A stretch of DNA of 63,997 bases, the filler included, from Octopus bimaculoides (lineage: Eukaryota), in NCBI RefSeq assembly GCF_001194135.2. It is 5 parts of 4 records of this genome, joined end to end, with 100 filler letters (N's around TTAATTAATTAA, not from the genome) between each part and the next. Parts side by side here need not be neighbours in the genome. Positions count along the whole stretch, not along the records: positions 31,938 to 52,773 come from NC_068990.1; 4 more parts are not named here. The stretch is one strand, 5' to 3'. This document shows, piece after piece, positions 39,490 to 50,429 of this stretch; the first letter of the stretch is position 1; the number at the start of each line of letters is the position of its first letter. The notes below the pieces were generated by a model that did not search any database, was not told where the DNA came from, and saw only the letters and a program-made list of their open reading frames with translations. Made by a program: the position numbers and the translations under genes.

Positions 39490-39771
39490 ATCATTTTACA
39501 TATGCACAACAGATTAAACTGTTGGAAAAGAAAAATTCATAACATCAGGCTACAACAAGTAACTTTAGATGCCAAGAACCTTCCTAAGTATCCCAGGTGT
39601 CCTTAATGACACTGTTTTCTGGAGGTACACTAAACTAGGTTTTATACCTATTTTCTCTATCAATCTGCTCAAATTTTTATGGATAGTTTATAATGCACCT
39701 TTGACTACAGGGGTACATTTTACTTGCACTTTCCATAGTCTCTGTAACTCAATGGCTAGGTCTTGGTACTT
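39490..39771 (-). mobile_element. R4/Dong-like LINE 3' end (RLE domain)
   Basis: KYQDLAIELQRLWKVQVKCTPVVKGAL*TI...LQKTVSLRTPGILRKVLGI*. Confidence 0.85.
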
Positions 39772-39810
<39 letters not shown>

Positions 39811-39844
<34 letters not shown>

Positions 39845-40226
39845 TTATGTTTGACTTTTGCTTTGCATTTGTACAAGTTGGATCCAAGTCTCACCCAGAG
39901 ACCTCAAGAGACAACATGTTAGAAGTTCATGTAGGTGTTATGCCTAGGGTACCATATATTTGGATTTGTACATAGTGTTGTTCTAGAGAATGTTTAAGAA
40001 ACCATAAGAAAATTATGTGTTTGCTTTAAAATTTGAGATCACATAGACAGTATTTTACGTAGGATATGGGCAGTTCCCATGAGCACTATCTTTTGAACTT
40101 CAGCCATTTTGGGGTTTCCTGGTATCTGAGCTAGGTAGTAATCAGCCCGTTTCGCTGTCATTCCCAGGGCACCTATGACAATAGGTATTGTTTTAGTCTT
40201 CAGGTTCCACATTTTGCTAATTTCTA
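39811..40226 (-). mobile_element. Second R4/Dong-like LINE family 3' end with 3' UTR and (AAT)n tail
   Basis: EISKMWNLKTKTIPIVIGALGMTAKRADYYLAQIPGNPKMAEVQKIVLMGTAHILRKILSM*. There is (AAT)n at both ends. Confidence 0.9.
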
Positions 40227-40788
40227 TATTATTATTATTAATACTATTGAATGAGAGAAAAGCACACACCATCGAAGTGATGTTAGGGTACAAATATACG
40301 AAGACCAATATACCCATCATGACTACCCGTCTGATAACGATACAGCAGGCACGTACACTATAACTATATGTGTGTGGCATGGTGACCTCCTATCAAGATA
40401 AACAGTGCATGACTTTGCAAATGGGGCGCCTAGTGAAAATTTTCTTCAGGTCAAGTTGCCCATTCCACTCAAAAGGACCCTGAATAAAGGTCAAGGATGA
40501 TGATTGAAACACACATCTCCAGGGGTGAATTATTCAAACCCCCAAAGAATCTCTCTCAACATACTACACCTACTCATGATCAGAGAGGTACATATCGCCA
40601 GCCACTTAAGGGCATGCTCAACTGGTTATGGTCAAGTGACAAGTAAATCTGTGGTATTGGGCAGAATACTTGCTGTAGTTCCTCTTTTACACCATGACAA
40701 AACATGTACATATTAACACTTCCAAGATCACAAGCCATCAGAACCACTGCCTGTTATTGCATAACTATTATTATTATTATTATTATTA

Positions 40789-41001
40789 AGGTGGTTAGCT
40801 TCCAAAATCAATAGCACACCAGGCAAAATGCTTAGCAGCATTTTGTCCATCTTCATGTTCTGAGTTCAAATTCTGCTGAGTTTGACTTTGCCTTTCATCC
40901 TTTCAAGGTCAATAAATTAAGTACCAGTGAAATACTAGGACTGATGTAATCAACTAGTCCCCTATCCCCAAATTTCAGGCCTTGTGCCTTTAATAGAAAG
41001 G

Positions 41002-41036
<35 letters not shown>

Positions 41037-41430
41037 GGCAGTGAACTGGCAGAATCCTTAGCATACCAGACGAAATGCCTAGCAGTATTTCCCAGTCACC
41101 ACGTTCTGAGCTCAAATTCCTCCGGGTTTAATTTTACCTTTCATCCTTTCAGGGTTAATAAAATAAGTACCAGTTGAACACTGGGGTCAATGTAATAGAC
41201 TCATCCCCTCCCCCAAAATTGCTGCCTTTGTGACAAAATTTGAAACTATTATTATTATTATTATTGTTATTAAGGCAGTGAGCTGGTAGAACTGCTAGCA
41301 CACCAAACAAAATGTTTAGTGGTATTTGATCCATCTACACTTATTTCATCGACCCCCCCAAAAGCATGAATGGCAAAATGAACAAAATGCTGCTAAACAT
41401 TCTCTCCAGCATGCTAATGATTCTGCCAGC
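40789..41430. mobile_element. SINE-A array: three + copies (40789, 41037, 41273) and one - copy (41335-41430)
   Basis: SINE-A motifs separated by (ATT)n tails. Confidence 0.85.
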
Positions 41431-41472
41431 TTGCTGCCTTATAATAATAAGAAGAAGAGGAATAACAATAAT

Positions 41473-41851
41473 AACAAGAGCACTCAGAGAGCAAACCTCC
41501 ACCAGGGCAACACCAACATCCTCTCAACAATTAGCTGGAGATGATTTTTAAAATGAGAATATATGTAATAAACTCGACTGCTCTCACAAATGGAAGTGCT
41601 AAAAATGAACCCAACTGCTCTCAAAAATTAAGTAAAAAAACTGGAAAAATAATCCAGAATCCTTGTCCAGTACCACCAGATTGATCCCAAAATCTAATAA
41701 GTTCATGCCAGTCATGAGGCCAAACATCCCTGAAAGCTTCATCTGAATCCATCCAGCAGTTCTTGAGATATCTTGTCCATGGACAAAAAAAACAAACAAA
41801 CAAATGTGACTGAAAACAATACTCCTGCCTTTACTAAGGTGGAAGTAATAA
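41473..41851 (+). mobile_element. Non-autonomous Helentron (HINE/DINE-1-like) element
   Basis: Starts AACAAGAG. 5' subterminal CCTCCACCAGG and 3' stem-loop CTCCTGCCTT-TACT-AAGGTGGAAG. Internal 'GATCCCAAAATCTAAT...AGTTCTTGAGATATC' is typical of such elements (from memory). Confidence 0.6.
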
Positions 41852-41857
41852 TAGTAA

Positions 41858-42072
41858 CCCTTTCTAGTATAGGCACAAAATCTGAAATTTTGAAGGGAGA
41901 GGGTAAGTCAAGTACATCAATCCCGATGCTCAACTGGTCCTTATTTCAACGACCCTGAAAGGATGAACAGCAAAGTTGCCTTCAGTGGAATTTGTACTGA
42001 GAACATAAAGATGGATGAAATGCCATGAAGCATTTTGTCTAGCATGCTAAAAATTCTACCAGCTTGTCATCT
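41858..42072 (-). mobile_element. SINE-A
   Basis: Reverse-complement SINE-A, full length. Confidence 0.8.
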
Positions 42073-42074
42073 TA

Positions 42075-42297
42075 ATCAGACAAATACATAACAAAAACAC
42101 CAGGACTTACAAATATATATAACATACAGAAAATTGCACTACTGGGCACTGCACACATCCTACGCAAAACACTTTCAATACAGTAACCATAAGAGCATCA
42201 CAGCAAACCACAGCACATACCCAAGGCACACAGAGCTGCACTCGGTAGTGAAGTGAAAGCACGTTATAAAAAAATAAAATAAAAAATAATAATAATG

Positions 42298-42320
<23 letters not shown>
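42075..42320 (+). mobile_element. Third R4/Dong-like LINE family 3' end with (AAT)n tail
   Basis: ITKTPGLTNIYNIQKIA/LGTAHILRKTLSIQ* (one frameshift), then a 3' UTR and (AAT)n. Confidence 0.85.
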
Positions 42321-42328
<8 letters not shown>

Positions 42329-42344
42329 TGATGATGATGATGAC

Positions 42345-43300
42345 AATGATTTCATTTATTTGCTACAAGGGCAAAGGATGAGTGGGACAATATAAAGACA
42401 GACATAAAGCGTGGGGGTTTACATATAATGAAATGATAAAAAAAATGGTAAGAAAGAAAGTATACATGGTATACACTGAAAAAGAAGAGCCATATGCACA
42501 GCATACAAAGATTTTTAAATAATTTTTTAAAAAGTGGCGGGGAAGGATGATATAGAGATGTGGCCCTCCTGATACAGGAAGGCCTCTAGGGATAATCAAA
42601 GAACCCAACTGCCTGCGATTTCCCTGAAAACCCAGGAGCAAGTGCCCTCTCCAATTCCTACCATCCACTCTTGCCATTTTCACAACTTTCACCCACCTTT
42701 CAATAAACTCACTCGAGGACAGCACTTCCCTCTCCACTCTCAATTTCCTTTTCAAGTGAGACTTGCAGAAGTCAATGAGAGCTCTACCAAAGAAGAATGT
42801 ATCTGTCCTCATGCCTTTCAGCTTTGTCCACCAAACAACATCTTTCACCACAGTCCCCAGGCAAATCAAAACTGCTTTGACTGCCCGATTGAAGGAGGGC
42901 AGTGGGGCAATCATTACTACTGACTCGGTCAACAGATGGATCTATCCAACATATGACAGCAGCTGTTCGACATAATCCCACAAGTCAGCAATGCCCGGAC
43001 ACTGAACAAGGGTGTGCAAAATGATTTCATCACTCTGCACGCACCTTGGACAAGCCTATCTGACAGCACATCCACGCCTGTAGAGTTTATCTCGAACCGG
43101 TAGCGCTCCCTCCCCCCAGAAGCACTGCCAGGCCAAGGACATCTGGAAATTATCTGGAAGTCCTCTGGAACAGACAAGCCAGTTCTTGTGAGTGCCCAGA
43201 GTCTCCCAAAAAATGTCGTTGCACTTCCCCGCCACTAATCCTCTATAAATTTCTAAAGCGGAACATCCATCAATCCCATTGCCCGACTGGTAGAGGGCTG
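42345..43300 (-). mobile_element. Tx1-clade (L1-like) LINE 3' end
   Basis: LAWQCF..ALPVRDKLYRRG...CPRCVQSDE..LHxLVQCPG (CCHC knuckle), ...VVKDVVWWTKLKG...SHLKRKLRVEREVLS...ERW, then a 3' UTR and an (ATC/ATT) tail. Confidence 0.85.
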
Positions 43301-44365
43301 GTTTCAGAATTAGGCACAAGACCAGCAATTTTGGGGAGGGTTAATTTGTTTACATTGACCCCAGTGCTCGACTGGTTCTTATTTTATAGACGTTGAAGAC
43401 CTCAAAGATAAAATTAACCTTGACAGAATTAATAATATTAATAATATTAATATAGGTTTTAAATTCTAGCACGAAACAGAATTAATAGTAATATAGCCAT
43501 CCTACTATGGAAGATTCATGAAATGCAAATTTTTAATAATTATAAGGACTTAGAAAAATTTCATCAAAAACTTATTCCCTATTATGAGAAGCTAAGAGGA
43601 ATCGGTGCAGCACAAATATTTTTGTACTGGACTAGTAGTAGTACTCTTGATCTTTTCAAACCCCATCCCTGATAGGGTTAGGTCAATGCAACTTATGTTC
43701 AAGTTGAGTTTCTACAGGATGTTTGCTGCATGTAAAACAGATAGTGAAGAAGTTACAAAGGTTATAGTTTTGAAAATTAAGAATGTGATACAGAGTTTCA
43801 GAAATGAGAAATCATAAGGTTGATGTGAGAAGAGGTGAGTAAATTGAATGAGGTTGCTTGAAGGTGGTATGCAACATGTTAGTTTAGAGAATCAATAGTC
43901 TTCATAAAAGAAACCTAAATGACAGTACTCAGTACTTTGGTGTTTAAGTAATTGTACTGTTGTACTGTTAGTGGTTGTATCAGTTTGACTGAGTTATTTC
44001 GGGCAGTTATGTGATCTAGAATGTTTACATGTAACAGATATTTCTAATACATAGTGTCATAGAGTGGAGAATACTACTACTTTGTATAGGATCATGTTTA
44101 TGTGATAGAAAATTTGTTGTGTTGGAAGATGTTTTTAAATGAATGAACTATCCTATATTTTTATAAGCTTTTCTCAAGTAAAATTTTTTCAAGATTCCTA
44201 ATGATGTTATTCTAAATTGAAAATTAGAACTAAAATACATTACAATTTATATTTATACAAACTGTTATCATGATTTTTATCTAAAATTATTACATAAAGA
44301 AGTTCTCTCGCTCATCTCCTTATAGGCATGATAGTTCATATTTGTTATGCTATACAAATTCTTAC

Positions 44366-46883
44366 CTTTGAATTTTCCCTTTGATCTGAAGAGATTTCTT
44401 TTGAGTAATTATGTTTTGTTGGAGATTCCTCTTCTTCAGAACTAGATGAATAAGATTCATCAACAGGAGTATATCGATTAGTATCTTTTGGTTTGTGCAA
44501 AATTCTAATTGGTAGACTAGTTAAATTTTCAATTTCCTTTTCTAATGATTCTATCTCAGCATCAGATTTCTGTTGCATGGTTTGTACTGCATCCATAACA
44601 CCTTCATCACAAATAGCATTTTTGTCATTAAAATATTCTCTTGGACTCACTTGCTCTAATGTGGAAGGCCTGATTTGGCTTTGAAATTCTTCTGCATCTT
44701 GAGGTGAGCTTTCTTGTGGTGATTGTAACTCTGAGTAACCCCTTTCATTATGGGGGGACATTTTACTAGATGGTACTTCAGCATTAGCTAAAGCTTCTAC
44801 TTCTTTCCTTTTCTTAATTTCTCCTTCATAAGAAGCCTCAATAGTGGCTGCCCCATAGAATGGCTTCTCTTTTTTTCCTATATCCAGAGTTGGTTCTTTA
44901 TTTGGCAGATTATGTTGAAAAACAGCTTGAGTCACTGATTTATCTTCATGCAATCGTTCTTCCAATGGTATGGTTTGTTCAGAAGATGTCTGGGATACTG
45001 ATTTACCTTCCTGGTTTTTCATATCCAGTCCCAGTTCTTCTTTTGGAATTCTTTCTTTGGCAGATGTCTGAGATACTTGTTGTTTGAAATCCAGTCCCAG
45101 CTCTTCCTTCAGAATACTTTCTTCACCAAATGACTGAGATTCTGGTTTATTTTCTTCTTGATTGAAATCCAGTCCCAGCTCTTCCTTCGGAATACTTTCT
45201 TCACCAAATGTNNNNNNNNNNNNNNNNNNNNNNNNNNNNNNNNNNNNNNNNNNNNNNNNNNNNNNNNNNNNNNNNNNNNNNNNNNNNNNNNNNNNNNNNN
45301 NNNNNNNNNNNNNNNNNNNNNNNNNNNNNNNNNNNNNNNNNNNNNNNNNNNNNNNNNNNNNNNNNNNNNNNNNNNNNNNNNNNNNNNNNNNNNNNNNNNN
45401 NNNNNTGATTGAAATCCAGTCCCAGCTCTTCCTTCGGAATACTTTCTTCACCAAATGTCTGAGATTCTGGTTTATTCTCTTCTTGATTGAAATCCAGTCC
45501 CAGCTCTTCTTTCAGAATACTTTCTTCACCAAATGTCTGAGATTCTTGTTTATTCTCTTCTTGATTGAAATCCAGTCTTGACTCTTCTTTCAGAATACTT
45601 CCTTCCGCAGATGTCTGAGATACTGGTTTATCCTCTTCTTGTTTGAAATTCAACTTTACATATTCCTGTGGGATAGTTTCTTCACCAAATGACTGAGATT
45701 CTGGTTTATTTTCTTCTTGAATGAAATCCAGTCTTAGCTCTTCCTTCGGAATACTTTCTTCAGCAGATGTCTGAGATACTGGTTTATCCTCTTCTTGTTT
45801 GAAATCCAGTCTCAGCTCTTCCTTCAGAATACTTTCTTCACCAAATGTCTGAGATTCTAGTTTATTTTCTTCTTGAATGAAATCTAGTCCCAGCTCTTCC
45901 TTCAGAATACTTTCTTCACCAAATGTCTGAGATTCTTGTTTATTTTCTTCTTGATTGAAATCCAGTCCTGGCTCTTCCTTCGACATACTTTCTTCAGCAG
46001 ATGTCTGGGATACTAGTTTATCTTCTTCTTGTTTTAAATTCAACTTTACATATTCCTGTGGGATAGTTTCTTCACCAAATGATTTTGGTTTATTTTCTTC
46101 TTGATTGAAATCTAGTCCTAGTTCTTTCTTTGCAATACTTTCTTCAGGAAATGTCTGATATACTATTTTATCTTCTTCTTGTTTGAAACCCAACTTTAGA
46201 TCTTCCTTTGGAATGTTCTCTTCAGCAAATGTCAACAACACTGGTTTATCTTCCTGTGGTTTGAAATCCAACCCTTGCTCTTCCTTTGGACTTGTTTCTC
46301 CATCAGATGTCTGTGATATTGGTTTGTCTTCCTGTTGGTTGAAATCCAGTGCCAGTCCTTTTTTTGGAATAATTTCTTGAAATGTTTCATATACTGTGTT
46401 AAATTCTTGTTTGAAATCCAGTTCCAATCCTTCCTTTGGAATGGTTTCTTCATTAAACGTCTGATACACTGGTTTATATTCCTGTTGTTCAAAATTCAAC
46501 CCTAGTTCTTTGTTTAGAATATTTTCTTCAGAAAATGTCTGATATACTGGTTCATCTTTCTGTTTGAAATTCAGCTCTGATTCTTCCTCTGGATCAATGT
46601 GCTTCAAAAGGGTCTGAAACATTGGTTCATCTCCATGTTTCAACTCTGGCAAGAATCTTTCCTTAGGACTATCATGTTCCACATTTGTTTGTGATCCATT
46701 TTTAAATCCAAGCTGCTCAAAACTTAACTCTGCCTCTTCACTTGAAATAGTTTGTGTAGGTAAAGCTTCAGAAACTGTTTTGGTTTCTATTTGACATGAT
46801 TCTGATTCAGTTTCGTCTTTTGGCAATTTCGTTTTAATATCTTCTTCAGATAAAATTGGTGTTTGATCATAGCTAAAGTCCAT
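44366..46883 (-). CDS. Large coding exon of an unidentified acidic, repeat-rich (likely disordered) protein
   Basis: ORFs 46883-45201 and 45454-44345 are continuous across an N gap. About 750+ stop-free codons in AT-rich DNA end at a consensus donor AAG|GTAAGA (44366/44365, phase 0). The 5' boundary is uncertain (in-frame stop near 46953). Confidence 0.85.
45000..46620 (-). repeat. Coding minisatellite: 78-bp (26-aa) unit FGEESILKEELGLDFNQEENKPESQT, ~20 copies
   Basis: Period of 78 bp (45406 versus 45484) and a higher-order period of 390 bp (45661 versus 46051). Confidence 0.95.
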
Positions 46884-48064
46884 TCTTATTGTTCTTATTA
46901 TGTTTATCAGTGTTATTGTCGTTGTTATTACAGAAAGTATGTGTATTTGTCTTTATGCGTACACTGATATTTACCTTAGCTTCTATCTCATTAATGGATT
47001 TACAATTTCTTAAATCAAACTTAAAGAAAAGTTGTTTATTTGTCAAAGAAATAAATTGAAGTATAATTAAATATACTAAGTTAGTTGAACTGCCTTAAAC
47101 AAAAAAACTTATCAGCCTGTGGAAGAATGTTGTAGTAGGTGTATGAAACCTGTCTCGGTCGATAAGTTACTTGTGACTTGAATCATTAATGACAAAAGTA
47201 TACTATAAGATTACTGTCATAACAGAGCAAGTTAAGCACGATCCCTTATTGATAACATACACTTTTCCTCTCTCTATGTCACTCTCTCTCCTCCCCCCTT
47301 TGCTTTCTTTCACTCTACTCCCACTCTCTCTCTCTATCTTGCTTTCTTTCACTATCTGTCTATCTTCTACATGAACTACTACTTTCTCAACTTTCTTTAG
47401 GTGACTCAATTATCAATTTGTCACATGGTTTTGACAATTCTCCCGCTTAACTTAGCTAAGATTATAGTAATAACATCAGTAGCTTCAGTACTATATTTTG
47501 TTATTTAATTTGGTTTACTGAGTTTCCAGCTCTTTAACCGAGAGGCCATCAAAGAAGAAAACAAAAAAAAACAATTACAAAATTAATCCAAGCCAAAAAC
47601 ATTTTATTATGCATGTACCTGTGTGTGTGAGTGTGTGCGTGCACGCGCATGCTTATACATACACATCTATCTATCTCTGCACACACACACACACACACAC
47701 ACACACNNNNNNNNNNNNNNNNNNNNNNNNNNNNNNNNNNNNNNNNNNNNNNNNNNNNNNNNNNNNNNNNNNNNNNNNNNNNNNNNNNNNNNNNNNNNNN
47801 NNNNNNNNNNNNNNNNNNNNNNNNNNNNNNNNNNNNNNNNNNNNNNNNNNNNNNNNNNNNNNNNNNNNNNNNNNNNNNNNNNNNNNNNNNNNNNNNNNNN
47901 NNNNNNNNNNNNNNNNNNNNNNNNNNNNNNNNNNNNNNNNNNNNNNNNNNNNNNNNNNNNNNNNNNNNNNNNNNNNNNNNNNNNNNNNNNNNNNNNNNNN
48001 NNNNNNNNNNNNNNNNNNNNNNNNNNNNNNNNNNNNNNNNNNNNNNNNNNNNNNNNNNNNNNNN

Positions 48065-48113
<49 letters not shown>

Positions 48114-48739
48114 GTATGTATGTAAAAAGAGAGAGAGTGAGAGTCTCACACAAATGCACACACACACATATACATATAGTCTCACTCTCTCTCTCACAGA
48201 CACTCATACACACAACTACATGGTTGAATTTTAAAATTTTAAGAAATATACAGTCAACTAGAGATTGTATATCAATTCCACTGTGCATCACCATGTCCTA
48301 TGCTTGGAAGCTTGTATTCATAAACATGCAAGTGAGTGTGTGTGTGTGTGTGTGACAAACTTACTGTAATGTAATTACTAGTTAACACCTAACCCAGTAA
48401 ATCGTGTGTGCCTCTCCATTTCTAATGAACCAATGCAAATAGTAAAGCAAAACTTTGATTAGACCCAATAAAATATAAAACTAAAAATAAACACAAAAAT
48501 AACATTAGGAGACAATAGAAACAATTAACACTAAACCCAGTCCCATACCAAACAACAAGAACAACAAAGGGAGATAACATTGATCTGGTGAAGTACATTA
48601 AGCTACACTCAAGAATAAACAAACAAACTGGAACATATAAACAAGAACATAAACGTCACAATAACAAAAATCTTATCAAAACAAACATATGCATCTTATC
48701 ACCAGCTACTCAACTAAAAGTCATCACACACACACACAC

Positions 48740-49032
48740 ACATATATAAGGGTAAAGACCCCCTTTGGTAATGAATAACCATGGGATTGCACCTAGAAAG
48801 TTCCCCTCCGAGCCACAAGTCCAGGAAAGGTTTATGGAAGACCAGCAGTTGCTCATACTTACCAGCCTCCCCTCTCCATACTAATGGTGTTATCCAAGAG
48901 AAAGGCAAAGACCGATACAGTTTGGCACTAGTGGTGTTGCAACTTGTTTCTACAGACGAATGAACTGGAGTAATGTGAAATAAAGTGTCTGGCTCAAGAA
49001 CACAACACACAGGCCAGTGTGGGAATCGAACT
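48740..49032 (-). mobile_element. SINE (family C head) with long 3' body
   Basis: The reverse complement has B-box GTTCGATTCCC and TGTGTTCTTGAGCCAGACACTTTATTTCACATTACTCCAGTTCA, shared with 63850 and 50599. Confidence 0.7.
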
Positions 49033-49084
49033 ATATTGACACTTGCCTAACTTGCTTATCTTTACATTTATTCATATATATTTT

Positions 49085-49186
<102 letters not shown>

Positions 49187-49532
49187 AGGAGGTTATGAGC
49201 GGTAGTGGTGTCAGTGAGACCCATAGATATCAGGTAATGCTGAGTTAGTGCTATGGATAGACCATAGTTAAGCTCCAGGTTCGGTGATTATGCGAATAAG
49301 GAGTCCAACATAGGTTGTATATCAGTGTGTGTGTATATAAAGATTTACTTTTCGTAATGAGATAAAAAAAACAAGGCTGTGTAGATTTTAGAACATTTAT
49401 AAATAGAAGGTTTTACAGCTGTTTCCAGGATATTTATTATATCCCTTCAACGGAGACAGTGTGAGAAGATGGTTAAGCAATAGTTAATTTAGATAAGATA
49501 AATTAACTATTACTTAACCATCTTCTCACACC

Positions 49533-49580
49533 GTCTCCAATGAAGGGATATAGTAAATATCCTGGAAACAGCTGTAAGAC
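49533..49580 (+). ncRNA. Hammerhead ribozyme motif with mutated core (CCAATGA)
   Basis: GTCT-CCAATGA-AGGGATAT-AGTAA-ATATCCTG-GAAAC-AGCT-GTA-AGAC. A third mutated copy (CCGTTGA) lies on the minus strand at ~49410-49457. Confidence 0.65.
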
Positions 49581-49705
49581 CTATTTATAAATGTTCTAAA
49601 ATCTACACAGCCTTGGTTTTTTATCTCATTACGAAAAGTAAATCCTATATATATATATATATAAAACCGAGGCTGTGTATAATATAGAACATTTATAAAT
49701 AGAAT

Positions 49706-49753
49706 GTCTTACAGCTGTTTCCAGGATATTTATTATATCCGTTCATCAGAGAT
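49706..49753 (-). ncRNA. Minimal type I hammerhead ribozyme, intact core
   Basis: The minus strand reads ATCT-CTGATGA-ACGGATAT-AATAA-ATATCCTG-GAAAC-AGCT-GTA-AGAC. This gives CUGAUGA and GAAA boxes, a stem II hairpin, a palindromic stem III (ACAGCTGT), a GUA cleavage triplet and stem I (TCT/AGA). Confidence 0.75.
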
Positions 49754-50429
49754 GGTGTGAGAAGATGGTTAAGTAATAGTTAGTTTAGTTAAGACAGGAA
49801 ATTGAGAGTGAATGTAGAGATATTGTATTTGTAAATCCATTGTTTAGGCAGAATGGTATACATATAAGATTCCAATACTTTGTGAGTAAAATCCAATTGT
49901 TTTTAAGATTGGTTGTTGCCTTTGTAAATCCATCATAATGCCTCTGCTTGATTTGCCAACTGCTTTCAAAGGTACTGGATATATTTTTCATCCTGCTTGT
50001 ACTGGTGAGGTCAAAGGTGTCACAGCCCCACCGCCTGATGATAGTATAGGAGAGAGAGAGTGGTGACCTTAGGTGTTACAGTATGATGGGAAGATCAGGT
50101 TTGTTGTTGTGAGAGGTTGGTAGTGGAGAGTGTAACAGGGGGTGAAAAGGACAAGGAGCATTTTCTCAAAGTAAAATTTATGGAAAGTGAATAGAAGAAA
50201 ATTTGGTGTGAGAGGACATGAGGAGAGCGAGTGAAGGTTACAAGAGTGCAGTTTCTTCCCTTCCCACTCAAGTATCATGATTTGGAAGGATAGAGGAAGG
50301 AGAAGAAATAGGATATGACTGATGGAGTTACAGAGGATTTAGAATGCATAGGCTGGAGAAGCAATGTTGAGAGATGGGAAGGTATAAAATAGGTGTGGAG
50401 GGAGCAGGATATTCAGTATGCACAGGTCA

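Larger units (their letters stand above)
49342..49790. mobile_element. Penelope-like pseudo-LTR array: 150-bp-arm palindrome (49342-49644) plus third arm (49663-49790)
   Basis: The arms are mutual reverse complements around the loop AGATAAGAT (49491-49499), and each arm contains a hammerhead motif. Confidence 0.75.

Noticed and set aside
43500-44100. Possible CR1-like LINE remnants
   Set aside because: The motif similarity is too weak to support a call.
46975-47019. 45-nt minus-strand mini-exon FDLRNCKSINEIEAK|gtaaat just upstream of the giant exon
   Set aside because: There is no phase-0 acceptor in frame before the ATG at 46883, and the phase-2 alternative contains a stop.
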